Shown here one piece after another: positions 11,301 through 17,717 of a stretch of 33,635 nucleotides of DNA (its first letter is position 1; every line of letters starts with the position of its first letter). A model generated the notes under the pieces. It saw nothing but the letters and a program-made list of their open reading frames with translations, ran no database searches and was not told where the DNA came from. Origin of the DNA: Fibrobacteraceae bacterium (GTDB lineage: Bacteria; Fibrobacterota; Fibrobacteria; Fibrobacterales; Fibrobacteraceae); assembly GCA_021443045.1 (NCBI GenBank), contig JABUUT010000001.1:1-33635 (forward strand), read 5' to 3'. The position numbers and the translations under genes are program-made.

Positions 11301-12218
11301 ACGCCAGTCCCCCAGTTTCCAGTCGGCCTTAATACCGAACAGCCCCTGGTGGTTTTCGGAGTAACCGGTAAATTCAGTACCTGTTAAAGAAAGGGAGGTG
11401 GTACCCGCTTCCACTCGTTGCAGAATGTAATCTTCAAATTCATCCTTGTAGGACTCTTCATAAACCACCCGAACCTGGTTCTGCACCCCCAGGCCGCTTT
11501 CCACATTGTTGATTTCCACAGTGATGTAAGGGCCAATTTTACCCTTAACCATAAAGCTAGGATCGTAGGTTAGAGACGGTGAAGGCCACAGGCTAGTCTT
11601 GTTGCTACCTTCAGCATCGTCTTTTTCACCATAGCCCTTTAGGCGAATATCCATGGAACCTTGAAGCATGAGCTTTGGTTTGTCAAAGCCAAAATCCTTC
11701 ATCCAGGCAGGCATGGCCACCGGAATGGTGATGTCGAACATGGAACCTGTTTCGGGAGCCACATAACCCTGGTCGTTCTTCCCTATCAAGTCGTTGAGCC
11801 AAAGCCTCTTGCGACCAATGTCGTACATGTCGGAAACATAGTCTGCCAGTTCTGGATAATGGGCACTCCAAAGAACGGTGGTGTCCCGAGATAAGGAATT
11901 CACCCGTTTTTCACTAACATCCAGTTCACGGGTGGCAATATCAATATCGTGGCTAAAAACCTGCCCTCGGGATGTGTTCATCAAACGTGGGCTTGCCCCC
12001 ACACCACCAAAAGGCAACAGTCCATCTAGGGGTTTGGAAGAAGGGGGCAAAGAAATATACTCGTAAGCCGGCTGCCAGGGATTTTCAGCCACAGCCGCAG
12101 AATCGGGCACACCACCAGCGTCCCCTTCTTGAGAAAAGGCGATACCCGATGCCAAAAAACAGCAGCCAAGCCCTAAGTAGGCTCTATGTAAAAACCGTTC
12201 AAAAACCAATGGTCTCAA
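5361..12218 (-). CDS. sprA: SprA/Sov-family type IX secretion system outer-membrane translocon
   Basis: About 2,290 aa with SprA-like motifs QGLFGIKADWKLGDWRLTTIASQ, LTRGVDYEVNYELGQIEL, LVEDFE, DTEDINKNGSLD, WRKWRIPL, LVGNPSI and FWVDDLRL, and a C-terminal beta-signal-like end (LMLRFN). The ORF track starts at 12302; TTG at 12218, which precedes a signal-peptide-like segment, is the more plausible start. Confidence 0.85.
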   Translation of the reverse strand: MRPLVFERFLHRAYLGLGCCFLASGIAFSQEGDAGGVPDSAAVAENPWQPAYEYISLPPSSKPLDGLLPFGGVGASPRLMNTSRGQVFSHDIDIATRELDVSEKRVNSLSRDTTVLWSAHYPELADYVSDMYDIGRKRLWLNDLIGKNDQGYVAPETGSMFDITIPVAMPAWMKDFGFDKPKLMLQGSMDIRLKGYGEKDDAEGSNKTSLWPSPSLTYDPSFMVKGKIGPYITVEINNVESGLGVQNQVRVVYEESYKDEFEDYILQRVEAGTTSLSLTGTEFTGYSENHQGLFGIKADWKLGDWRLTTIASQDGGSQEEYTINASETTSEFQILDKNFIAYRYYFLNHDARNSYITALIGGRTTSSYPATNLKLYKRSSTNAKTDVIDNITVVYTTPTGKTIEKVVERMVEIPSSEYTYDPKTGILRINGVTRNTLVAASWSNDGTGRTGTTVRNGSRVVLIQWDANLSELVGIDKLMLRNVYSVGISDGGASSFVLRMKNKSGVTGTYLKDLGVADSITGSPLVNDATIFKKDASGNYTGEMWLPCKPLSWYTKRQIPNAEARAMQYCLEPLRQLDSSNAMAQLYELPVYNLNRYTYRFLFESVGKRRNSTISVRDPSSSYSVSAGSCMDISPGTEKLTAGSTVLTRGVDYEVNYELGQIELLSDRALDPNKEIKVSFECEPLFEIDNKLLLGARAELPLDLYGMGAGSVLGVTALYKSQSTTAQTPTLGNEPYSSFLWGVNLRLQDTLRAFTDFVNLIPGIKTDAQSNWRFEAEFASSRHNANTSDHNTALVEDFESTSLGLNYPLSRLSWYPASPPGGVARDPATYIENQDYRHKGEFIWHSNNTELYKYIYPNVGNSDVDNQHLTVLKMTLRANDNLAGNSWGGIMRPNSSYYQDMSDMKYIEVVARGNVGSIYLDLGLISEDLPINGFEPDGQYEGENDLGTTTALHDKGLDGVSGSDEVRQVWDCRITGCVSTIYNTLNSDASTTDIARDNFSDKYDDDSDPPVYINGTENNSGERTYDTEDINKNGSLDTDISFVRYRIDLSSTDPLDFEELKNGWRKWRIPLNQYDTIVSANGSSYTEILSGAQFTRLWLGNLNPGVAEAKVQIVELSVVGNAWEETTVADLYRTSTTENSQIVEVNGVETMVTENVDSRDTSYIKVSTINNRENSNKYQKSPNTTTERDSDTNAPLKETALVLDYQNMKPGQEVGVTRIFETDKKDFSTYKSVKMEIHYATDATKVPVRFALQFGEGSLDGSQDYYEWSFRPVNFTCPSSERTQDCHERNWLDNAFAMNVVDFSNLKVGRKPPFVTPVVKELGGDREERLRLVGNPSITNIDWMRFVIIADSSASEDDLKGTFWVDDLRLSDMDTEWGYAARTSGQVTFADFMSVSGALRYQDGDFATLSSNGGSPKPKLSEAASQLDISGDVSFSLNKFLNDSAGFHIPLSLGYRTTTKRPYMKPTDDMILNKSSFSDMTGDMFQNELSVTSDKKEEELRNEAESKGYESYSRDKSISISYSKDYKAADSKLGEVLSQVLLERPAISYSYNENESRSTTSADSTYSYRTMLEYKLGTFTLFKFKPLDGLSKYSWLKEISKTEFEPWPQTLDLTLFDFTYIRYVDQDRDPDFVKPQVDKVVTYTADLNHRLNMRWNILSFLSTSYSVNIQRDMYGGGDREAFAKENFFTTKEGGLFASDYIFDYDHTDRKVYISSDSVVVIPYDTIPKVAENGDTLAIDMQNPNSFTILYDSTRFYKVDSVGRREYGRAYGILRNERSRSQQFKIGFNPRIIPFIPFTANFTSDFTQQKTIPDDFDLYDETSVEKNYWTISQTNRFDFAPTFKIYDLAQSFGRQNMVARALDKIKWREIRFNWNASTNTVGENFTLAQLYEEQNVTPLQYYLYGLGLGNGYRNRGLWNIVSGDMGLDHRNDFVDFAEYRNRHVDTLVYQGSFTHAVSRSFQVGTGLTLPVWDIGVTGDLQWKEDFSQSREYPLYTDTTTLWPKIGIGINVPNFAQRIGFLNGFRSVSASHRFDYSTTTTVRPFQSAEDSWAHIWNFNPLVRWTFLTQKNIRIENSVRLRIESTDRRPKEEVIASPSWPDSLGNKNDTTKYFWDTPWIHTSLYNDFGINVGDDFTIAYPLKTKKGFQLWKWYIKLDNDIDLRLTAGYDYKKTIRKEYDPVQGYDMWNKESGTDGIYKRWHFDSGVNGNPADTDPTVYKPKLTLTDRTIPSRTHEWFVRPSAGYQFNKIASMSSYIEYRQIYEELDDETPHLRQILQFEIALMLRFN

Positions 12219-12334
12219 AATACTGAATTCGCATTCAAAAAAAAATTGAATTTTATAGAAATTAGCAAAAAAAAAGCCATTTTGGGTAATATTTTGCCAC
12301 AACAGAGGGGCTTTAAAGCCTTTTTCAGCCTAAA

Positions 12335-12370
12335 AGTAAAAAAAGGGTGCCTGCAACAGCACCCTTTTCA
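12335..12370 (-). terminator. Rho-independent terminator downstream of the lipoprotein gene
   Basis: Inverted repeat AAAAGGGTGC (12341-12350) / GCACCCTTTT (12359-12368), followed on the minus strand by a 7-U tract. Confidence 0.8.
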
Positions 12371-12412
12371 CAGAATTACGAATAAATTAACAGCAGAAAC
12401 ATTTTTTTTGCA

Positions 12413-12775
12413 CTACGGATTGCCACCCTTGCGGGACTGGGCCACTTCTTCCATGCACTTGGCAAAAGTGGACCGATGCTGCCCTCCAACAAGACAGGCC
12501 GTTTTCTGTTCAGCATCCTTTGAGAATTTTACCTTTGCAACCATAGCTCCATCCACATAGATTGCAAAATTTCCATGCTTCCTGCCTTTGTTGCAAACAC
12601 CCTGAGCGGTAACGTTGTTTCCATACTGATCTACATAATTCCATTGGGCCCCTCTCATGTGGAGCATGGCGCAGTCCATGGGAGCATTAACTCGATCAGG
12701 CGTCTGGTGCCGTTCGTAAGAAGAACAAGCCGTCAACGTCAAAGCAGAAAGTGCTGCAAAAATGATTTTTTTCAT
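12413..12775 (-). CDS. Small lipoprotein of unknown function
   Basis: Likely start is ATG 12775: MKKIIFAALSALTLTA-C, lipobox LTAC. Four further Cys and a MORN-variant-like segment GRKHGNFAIYVDG. Confidence 0.75.
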   Translation of the reverse strand: MKKIIFAALSALTLTACSSYERHQTPDRVNAPMDCAMLHMRGAQWNYVDQYGNNVTAQGVCNKGRKHGNFAIYVDGAMVAKVKFSKDAEQKTACLVGGQHRSTFAKCMEEVAQSRKGGNP

Positions 12776-12812
12776 GTTAGTTTTAGAATTTCCCATTTAT
12801 AAGGCCCATTTA

Positions 12813-14336
12813 TTAAAGAGGAATGTTGCCGTGCTTCTTCCAAAGAAGGGTTTTCTTCTTTGTCTTTAAGCCCTCAAAAGCTTCCACAATGCGCTTCTTG
12901 GTGTCCTTCGGCAAAATAACTTCGTCGATATAGCCACGTTCAGCAGCAATGTATGGGTTCAGCAATTTTTCTTCGTACTCCGCAATCAGGGTTTGACGCA
13001 GAGCCACTGGGTCGGCAGCAGCTGCCAAATCCTTACGGTTAATGATATTCACTGCCCCTTCGGCTCCCATTACGGCAATTTGTGCAATAGGCCATGCCAA
13101 CACCAGGTCGGCGCCAATGCTCTTGCTGTTCATGGCAATGTAGGCGCCACCAAAAGCCTTGCGCATAATGAGGGTTACCTTTGGAACCGTGGCTTCGGAA
13201 TAGGCATACAGAAGTTTGGCACCATGGCGGATAATGCCAGAGTGTTCCTGCTTGCTGCCAGGCATGTAACCCGGAACATCCACGAGAGAAAGAAGAGGAA
13301 TATTGAAACAGTCGCAGAAGCGAACAAAGCGGGCAGCCTTTGCAGATGCGTCAATATCTAGAGAGCCAGCCATCCAGGAAGGCTGATTGGCAACAATACC
13401 AATCACATCGCCATTGAGGCGACCCAGGCCAACAACCACATTCTTGGCAAAATCCTTCTGGACTTCAAAGAAGGTGTCTTTGTCGATAAAGGTGTTAATC
13501 ACATTGTGCACATCGTAGCTGCGCTTCATGTTGTCTGGCACAATTTCTTCGATGGTGTCTGAAGCATCCACAGGCTGGGTAACGGAAGACAAAGGCTTGT
13601 CTTCGTTACTCTGAGGCAAAAGGCTAAGGAACTGGCGAACGCCTTCGATACAAGCATTGTCGTTGTCGTAAACAAAGTGGGCCACGCCCGATTTTTTGCC
13701 ATGAGCGTCGGCACCGCCCAGGTCTTCGGCAGAAATTTCTTCCCGCATCACTTCTTTTACCACCGCTGGGCCGGTAATAAACATTTGGCTCGTTTGGCGG
13801 GTCATAAAGATGTAGTCGCAAAGTGCCGGAGCATAGCAGGCACCACCGGCACAGGGGCCAAGGATTACGGAAATCTGAGGAATGATGCCCGATGCAATGG
13901 TGTTGCGGTAGAAAATGCCACTGTAACCATCCAGGGAATCCACGCCTTCTTCAATGCGAGCTCCACCACTATCATTCAAAGAAACAAATGGGGAACGACA
14001 AGCCAAAGCCATATCCATGGCGGCACAAATCTTTTCGGCGTGAACCTTGCCCAAGGTACCCCCCTTCAAGGTAAAATCTTGGGCGGCAGCATAAACCAGT
14101 CGACCATTGACCTTGCCGTAGCCAGTAACCACGGCATCGCCAAGAATCTTGGATGCAGGAGACATGCGAAGAGCACCTATTTCTACAAAGGAGCCTTTAT
14201 CATACAGTTGTTCCAAACGTTCACGGGCAGTCATCTTACCCTTGGCGTGTTGCTTTTCAATGTTGCTTGCGCCTCCAGCCTGAAGAACTCGGGCTTCCAA
14301 ATCTTTCAATTTATCAAGATGAGTGTTATTCCACAT
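12813..14336 (-). CDS. Acyl-CoA carboxylase carboxyltransferase subunit (PccB/MmdA-type, single chain)
   Basis: QHAKGKMTARER, QDFTLKGGTLG, DSGGARIEEG, GPCAGGACY, MFITGP, KAARFVRFCD, VDVPGYMPG, RKAFGGAY and C-terminal KKHGNIPL. SD AAGGAA upstream. Confidence 0.92.
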   Translation of the reverse strand: MWNNTHLDKLKDLEARVLQAGGASNIEKQHAKGKMTARERLEQLYDKGSFVEIGALRMSPASKILGDAVVTGYGKVNGRLVYAAAQDFTLKGGTLGKVHAEKICAAMDMALACRSPFVSLNDSGGARIEEGVDSLDGYSGIFYRNTIASGIIPQISVILGPCAGGACYAPALCDYIFMTRQTSQMFITGPAVVKEVMREEISAEDLGGADAHGKKSGVAHFVYDNDNACIEGVRQFLSLLPQSNEDKPLSSVTQPVDASDTIEEIVPDNMKRSYDVHNVINTFIDKDTFFEVQKDFAKNVVVGLGRLNGDVIGIVANQPSWMAGSLDIDASAKAARFVRFCDCFNIPLLSLVDVPGYMPGSKQEHSGIIRHGAKLLYAYSEATVPKVTLIMRKAFGGAYIAMNSKSIGADLVLAWPIAQIAVMGAEGAVNIINRKDLAAAADPVALRQTLIAEYEEKLLNPYIAAERGYIDEVILPKDTKKRIVEAFEGLKTKKKTLLWKKHGNIPL

Positions 14337-14353
14337 ATAGTTTCCTTTTTGAA

Positions 14354-15220
14354 CTATTTTCTTAAATAATAAAAATTTTTTACAATATCGTCCGACAACC
14401 CATCGCAGTTCGTGCCCTCATAATACCATTTTTTGTAAGGATCTTTCCTTCGCCGTTCCTCAAAAACCTCAAGCATTTTTTCGGTCAGCATGCTGGCGGC
14501 CTGCCCCTTGGGGCAATGGAGGTAGGTTGCAATTTCAATGGGTTCAAGCACATCTAAATTGTAATAATAGCGGCTGGTAGGGTGATAACTTAAAAGTTTG
14601 TCATATTTGCGAAGGCCAATGATTTCGTTACCGCCAAAGTAAATTGGAAGCACGTCTTTTTGGGCACTTAAGGCAAACCGGGCAGCCCCCTTCTTAAATG
14701 TCCAGGGCATTCCGGAAACGGAGCGTGTGCCCTCAGGAAAAATAATGAGGCAGTTGCCTTGGTTTAGTGAAGTGGCTGCATTTTTTAGTTGTTCGTCAAA
14801 AGACCTGGAGTTGGGAATGTAAATAGCGTTTATAATGCCCCGGATAAAACGGTTTTCGGCTAAGGATCCCTTAACAATGCAGTCGGCATTGGGAATTAGG
14901 GAATAAAGCATAACTACATCTAAAAGAGAAGGGTGGTTAGCCACCACCACTTTGCTTTTTTGCTCCTTTAGCCGTTCGCGATGTTCCACATTCAGCGTCA
15001 AAAGCCCTAGCAGTTCCATTTCAATCACAAACAGTTTTAGAGACAAATGAATGGAATACCGGGCCCATTTTCCAAAACGCTTTCGTGAAAAGCCCGACGC
15101 CACAAAAAGGGTGGGAAACCAGGCGGTTCCCAGAATAAAGCCTCCCACACCAAAGCAGGCAAAAGACAGGAGCTTTGCAAAAATTCTCCAGATGTAAAGA
15201 ATCTTCTGCGCCAAAGTCAT
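14354..15220 (-). CDS. PlsC-family lysophospholipid acyltransferase (ApeD-like)
   Basis: NHPSLLD (HxxxxD) and IFPEGTRS motifs. Start placed at ATG 15220, which overlaps the upstream stop as ATGA (ORF track start is 15283). Confidence 0.88.
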   Translation of the reverse strand: MTLAQKILYIWRIFAKLLSFACFGVGGFILGTAWFPTLFVASGFSRKRFGKWARYSIHLSLKLFVIEMELLGLLTLNVEHRERLKEQKSKVVVANHPSLLDVVMLYSLIPNADCIVKGSLAENRFIRGIINAIYIPNSRSFDEQLKNAATSLNQGNCLIIFPEGTRSVSGMPWTFKKGAARFALSAQKDVLPIYFGGNEIIGLRKYDKLLSYHPTSRYYYNLDVLEPIEIATYLHCPKGQAASMLTEKMLEVFEERRRKDPYKKWYYEGTNCDGLSDDIVKNFYYLRK

Positions 15221-15927
15221 ACCAGCTCCTGCTGCTTTATAAAATGTAGAACTTGCTCCGCAGCCGTTTTGGTGCAAGGCCATTCATCACTCCGGAAATC
15301 TTTTAAGGGAACAGCTCCATCATCACTACGGACCGACAACCGAAGTGCCAAAGCTATGGGCACATTAGGGTAACAAGATATGGGTGCGTAAGTTTCGGGA
15401 ATGCCCTCGTCGGCAAAAACAAAAATACGTTCTTCGTCGGCCCCGGACTTTAGGGCACTAACGGCTTCGATTAAGCCCGCCCTAAAGGAATCGGGGCCGG
15501 CAAAGGTGGCCGAATATCCAGCCATATTCTGTTCCGAAATGCTGGAGGCTGCCGCAGGAGAGTTAAAGACGGAGAGGCTAAAATGGGAAGGCGACACATT
15601 GTTTGTTTCAAGCAGTTGCATTGAAATTTTCAACTGCCGCTGGATTTCGCCAAACTCAGAGGCAAAGGTGTTTTTGACAGGCTCCAAACCTTTGGAAACC
15701 TGATGGACCGTCCAAACCACCATTTTGGAAATATCGCTTAGGCGGCGCCTAAACAACATGGGAACAAAATCCAGCTTGGGGGCAGAGGCCACGGCTCCTT
15801 CTTTACAAAGGTCTAAGCTACTCAGAAGATTTTTTTTTCCCTTTTTCCACAAAGCCCAATCTTCCAGGGTTTCCATGCCAGGAGCCCACAAAGAAAAACG
15901 CCTTACATAAATAGGTGTCGATACCAT
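15217..15927 (-). CDS. Beta-ketoacyl synthase chain-length factor (ApeC-like)
   Basis: Truncated KS-like N-domain with VPMLFRRRLS, FASEFGE, VSPSHFSLSVFN and VFADE; no catalytic TAC motif. Start placed at ATG 15927 (ORF track start is 15945). Confidence 0.8.
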   Translation of the reverse strand: MVSTPIYVRRFSLWAPGMETLEDWALWKKGKKNLLSSLDLCKEGAVASAPKLDFVPMLFRRRLSDISKMVVWTVHQVSKGLEPVKNTFASEFGEIQRQLKISMQLLETNNVSPSHFSLSVFNSPAAASSISEQNMAGYSATFAGPDSFRAGLIEAVSALKSGADEERIFVFADEGIPETYAPISCYPNVPIALALRLSVRSDDGAVPLKDFRSDEWPCTKTAAEQVLHFIKQQELV

Positions 15928-15953
15928 TTTACACAACCCCCACAACCGGCACC

Positions 15954-17045
15954 CTACGCCTTGCGAAAGCGAAGGAGGGAGTAGCTGTTGGGCCCCAAGT
16001 TGTGGTGGGCGTCGGCAAAGCGAAAACCGCCAGCCTCCACAGCCTGTTTTAGCTCTTCAAACCGATACATTTTACTGTTGCCATTGGCAATACAGGTAAA
16101 ATACAGAGAGGTTGCCTGCAAAGAATACGCAGCGGCCTCAAAACGCTGGTGGTCCCACAGAGGTTCCAAAACATAAATGTCGGTTTCTGGGCCAACAGCC
16201 CGGGAAATTTTAGACAAAATACCGGTGATTTCGCTTAGGGAGAAGCAGTCCAAAAACTGACTCATCCAAACCGCATCGGCACCCTTTGGAAATTCAGTAG
16301 TTTTATCCAGCACATTACAGGGAACCATGTCAATACGGCTGGCAAAGCCCGCTTCTTCGGCATTCTTTTGAGCAACCGCCGTTTGGCCAGGAAGATCCAC
16401 AATGGACACTTTTACATCCTTGTTAAAGCGGCAGCTGGCAATGGCCCACTTGGCGGTGTTGCCCCCAATATCAAAGAGTCGGCCAACAGGTTTGCCATAG
16501 ACAATGGGCAGACATTCCGGAAAGGCCAAATCCGAATAAAAATGATCAAAGCCAAACCAGCTTTTCTTTTCTTGTTCCGTAAGCTGCGAAAGGCCTTCGT
16601 AAACGGTTTTCCAGGGGCCTAGGTGGGCAAGTCCCTTGGGCTTGCCCTCCTTGATGCAGTCCTGCATGTCCATGGCACCAAGGTAGCAGATGTCCTGGGA
16701 AAAATCCATGTTCACCTGGGTCATTTCATCTTTCATCAAGAAAAAACCGATTTTTCCAAGGGTGTACCTTAAGTTATCGCCTTCGGCGTCCTTCACCAGT
16801 TTTAAGGCCCCCATTCCCAGACCCATTTCAACTAGAACCCCTACTCCGTAGGGAGAAAGACCTAGCCTGGAAGACAGTTCCGGCACAGACATGCCTTTTT
16901 TACGGCTTTCACTTACGGCATCCAAAATACCAAGGTCCCTCAAAGCACGGGCAGCCTGAAAGGTTAAGGGGGCAAAAGCTATTTTTTGAGCTTCAAACTT
17001 GGCGTCTACCGCGTTTATAGGGTCATTGTAGTAGGTTTCAAACAT
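15954..17045 (-). CDS. SAM-dependent methyltransferase, O-MTase family 2 fold (ApeB-like)
   Basis: N-terminal dimerisation/wHTH region (AQKIAFAP), SAM motif LFDIGGNTAKWA, VDLP, WMSQFLDCFS, ANGNSKMY. Confidence 0.85.
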   Translation of the reverse strand: MFETYYNDPINAVDAKFEAQKIAFAPLTFQAARALRDLGILDAVSESRKKGMSVPELSSRLGLSPYGVGVLVEMGLGMGALKLVKDAEGDNLRYTLGKIGFFLMKDEMTQVNMDFSQDICYLGAMDMQDCIKEGKPKGLAHLGPWKTVYEGLSQLTEQEKKSWFGFDHFYSDLAFPECLPIVYGKPVGRLFDIGGNTAKWAIASCRFNKDVKVSIVDLPGQTAVAQKNAEEAGFASRIDMVPCNVLDKTTEFPKGADAVWMSQFLDCFSLSEITGILSKISRAVGPETDIYVLEPLWDHQRFEAAAYSLQATSLYFTCIANGNSKMYRFEELKQAVEAGGFRFADAHHNLGPNSYSLLRFRKA

Positions 17046-17078
17046 TTTTTCATCTCTAGTGAAAATTTATGACCTATG

Positions 17079-17109
17079 AATATAGATTTTTTTTTCTCTT
17101 TTCTATATT
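17079..17109. promoter_or_regulatory. Back-to-back divergent promoter elements / palindromic operator: AATATAGA-N15-TCTATATT
   Basis: Perfect 8-bp inverted repeat (17079-17086 / 17102-17109) in the 143-bp divergent intergenic region. The spacer contains a T9 tract. Confidence 0.55.
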
Positions 17110-17188
17110 TGTTCTTCAAGGGCTCCTTTAAAAATTGCTTTGGTTTTTAGAGGTGCCCATCAAATAGTCCGTACCATAAGGATAATAT

Positions 17189-17455
17189 ATGGATAGCTTG
17201 AATACCAAAATAAAAGAAGTCATTATCAAGTCTCTGGAGCTGGAAGATATTACTCCAGCCGATATCGACGATGCCGCCCCTCTTTTTGGGGAAGGCGAAG
17301 GTCTCGGACTCGACTCCATTGACGCACTGGAACTGGGCATTGCCATTAAGGAGAATTTTGGTGTAACATTCTCCACCGTCAATGAAGAAACTCGCAAGCA
17401 TTTTGCTTCGGTTAACGCCTTAGCAGCTTATATTTCAGCAAACCAAGGTAAATAA
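17189..17455 (+). CDS. Acyl carrier protein 1 (ApeE-like)
   Basis: 88 aa, acidic. PLFGEGEGLGLDSIDALELG carries the phosphopantetheine Ser motif. SD AAGGA at 17178-17182. Confidence 0.93.
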   Translation: MDSLNTKIKEVIIKSLELEDITPADIDDAAPLFGEGEGLGLDSIDALELGIAIKENFGVTFSTVNEETRKHFASVNALAAYISANQGK

Positions 17456-17465
17456 AGGTCTCATC

Positions 17466-17717
17466 ATGGAAAAACAAGAAATTTTTGAAAAGATTAAAGC
17501 CGCCCTTATGGAAGAATTTGGCTTGGCAGAAAACCAGGTGACTCCAGAAGCCCGTCTCTACGAAGACTTGAACCTGGACAGTATCGATGCTGTAGACCTG
17601 ATTGTAAAACTGAAGAGTTTTCTTCCACGCAACATCGACCCTGAAGTATTCAAGGCAGTTCGCACGCTTCAAGATGTTGTAGACGCCATCTATAACTTGA
17701 TTCACGAAGCCAAGTAA
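17466..17717 (+). CDS. Acyl carrier protein 2 (ApeF-like)
   Basis: 83 aa with LYEDLNLDSIDAVDL and FKAVRTLQDVVDAI. Confidence 0.93.
   Translation: MEKQEIFEKIKAALMEEFGLAENQVTPEARLYEDLNLDSIDAVDLIVKLKSFLPRNIDPEVFKAVRTLQDVVDAIYNLIHEAK

Noticed and set aside
12219-12302. N-terminal 28 codons of the 2313-aa ORF call
   Set aside because: Phe-rich translation of homopolymer tracts in a promoter-like region; a later TTG gives a more plausible signal peptide.
13677-14369. 230-aa plus-strand ORF
   Set aside because: Antisense to the well-conserved carboxyltransferase; no independent support.
15221-15283. Extended N-terminus of the acyltransferase ORF
   Set aside because: Would overlap the CLF gene by 67 bp; ATG 15220 gives a standard ATGA coupling.
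17128-17401. Minus-strand ORFs opposite ACP1
   Set aside because: Typical antisense translations of an ACP gene; the plus-strand ORF carries the DSID motif and an SD.
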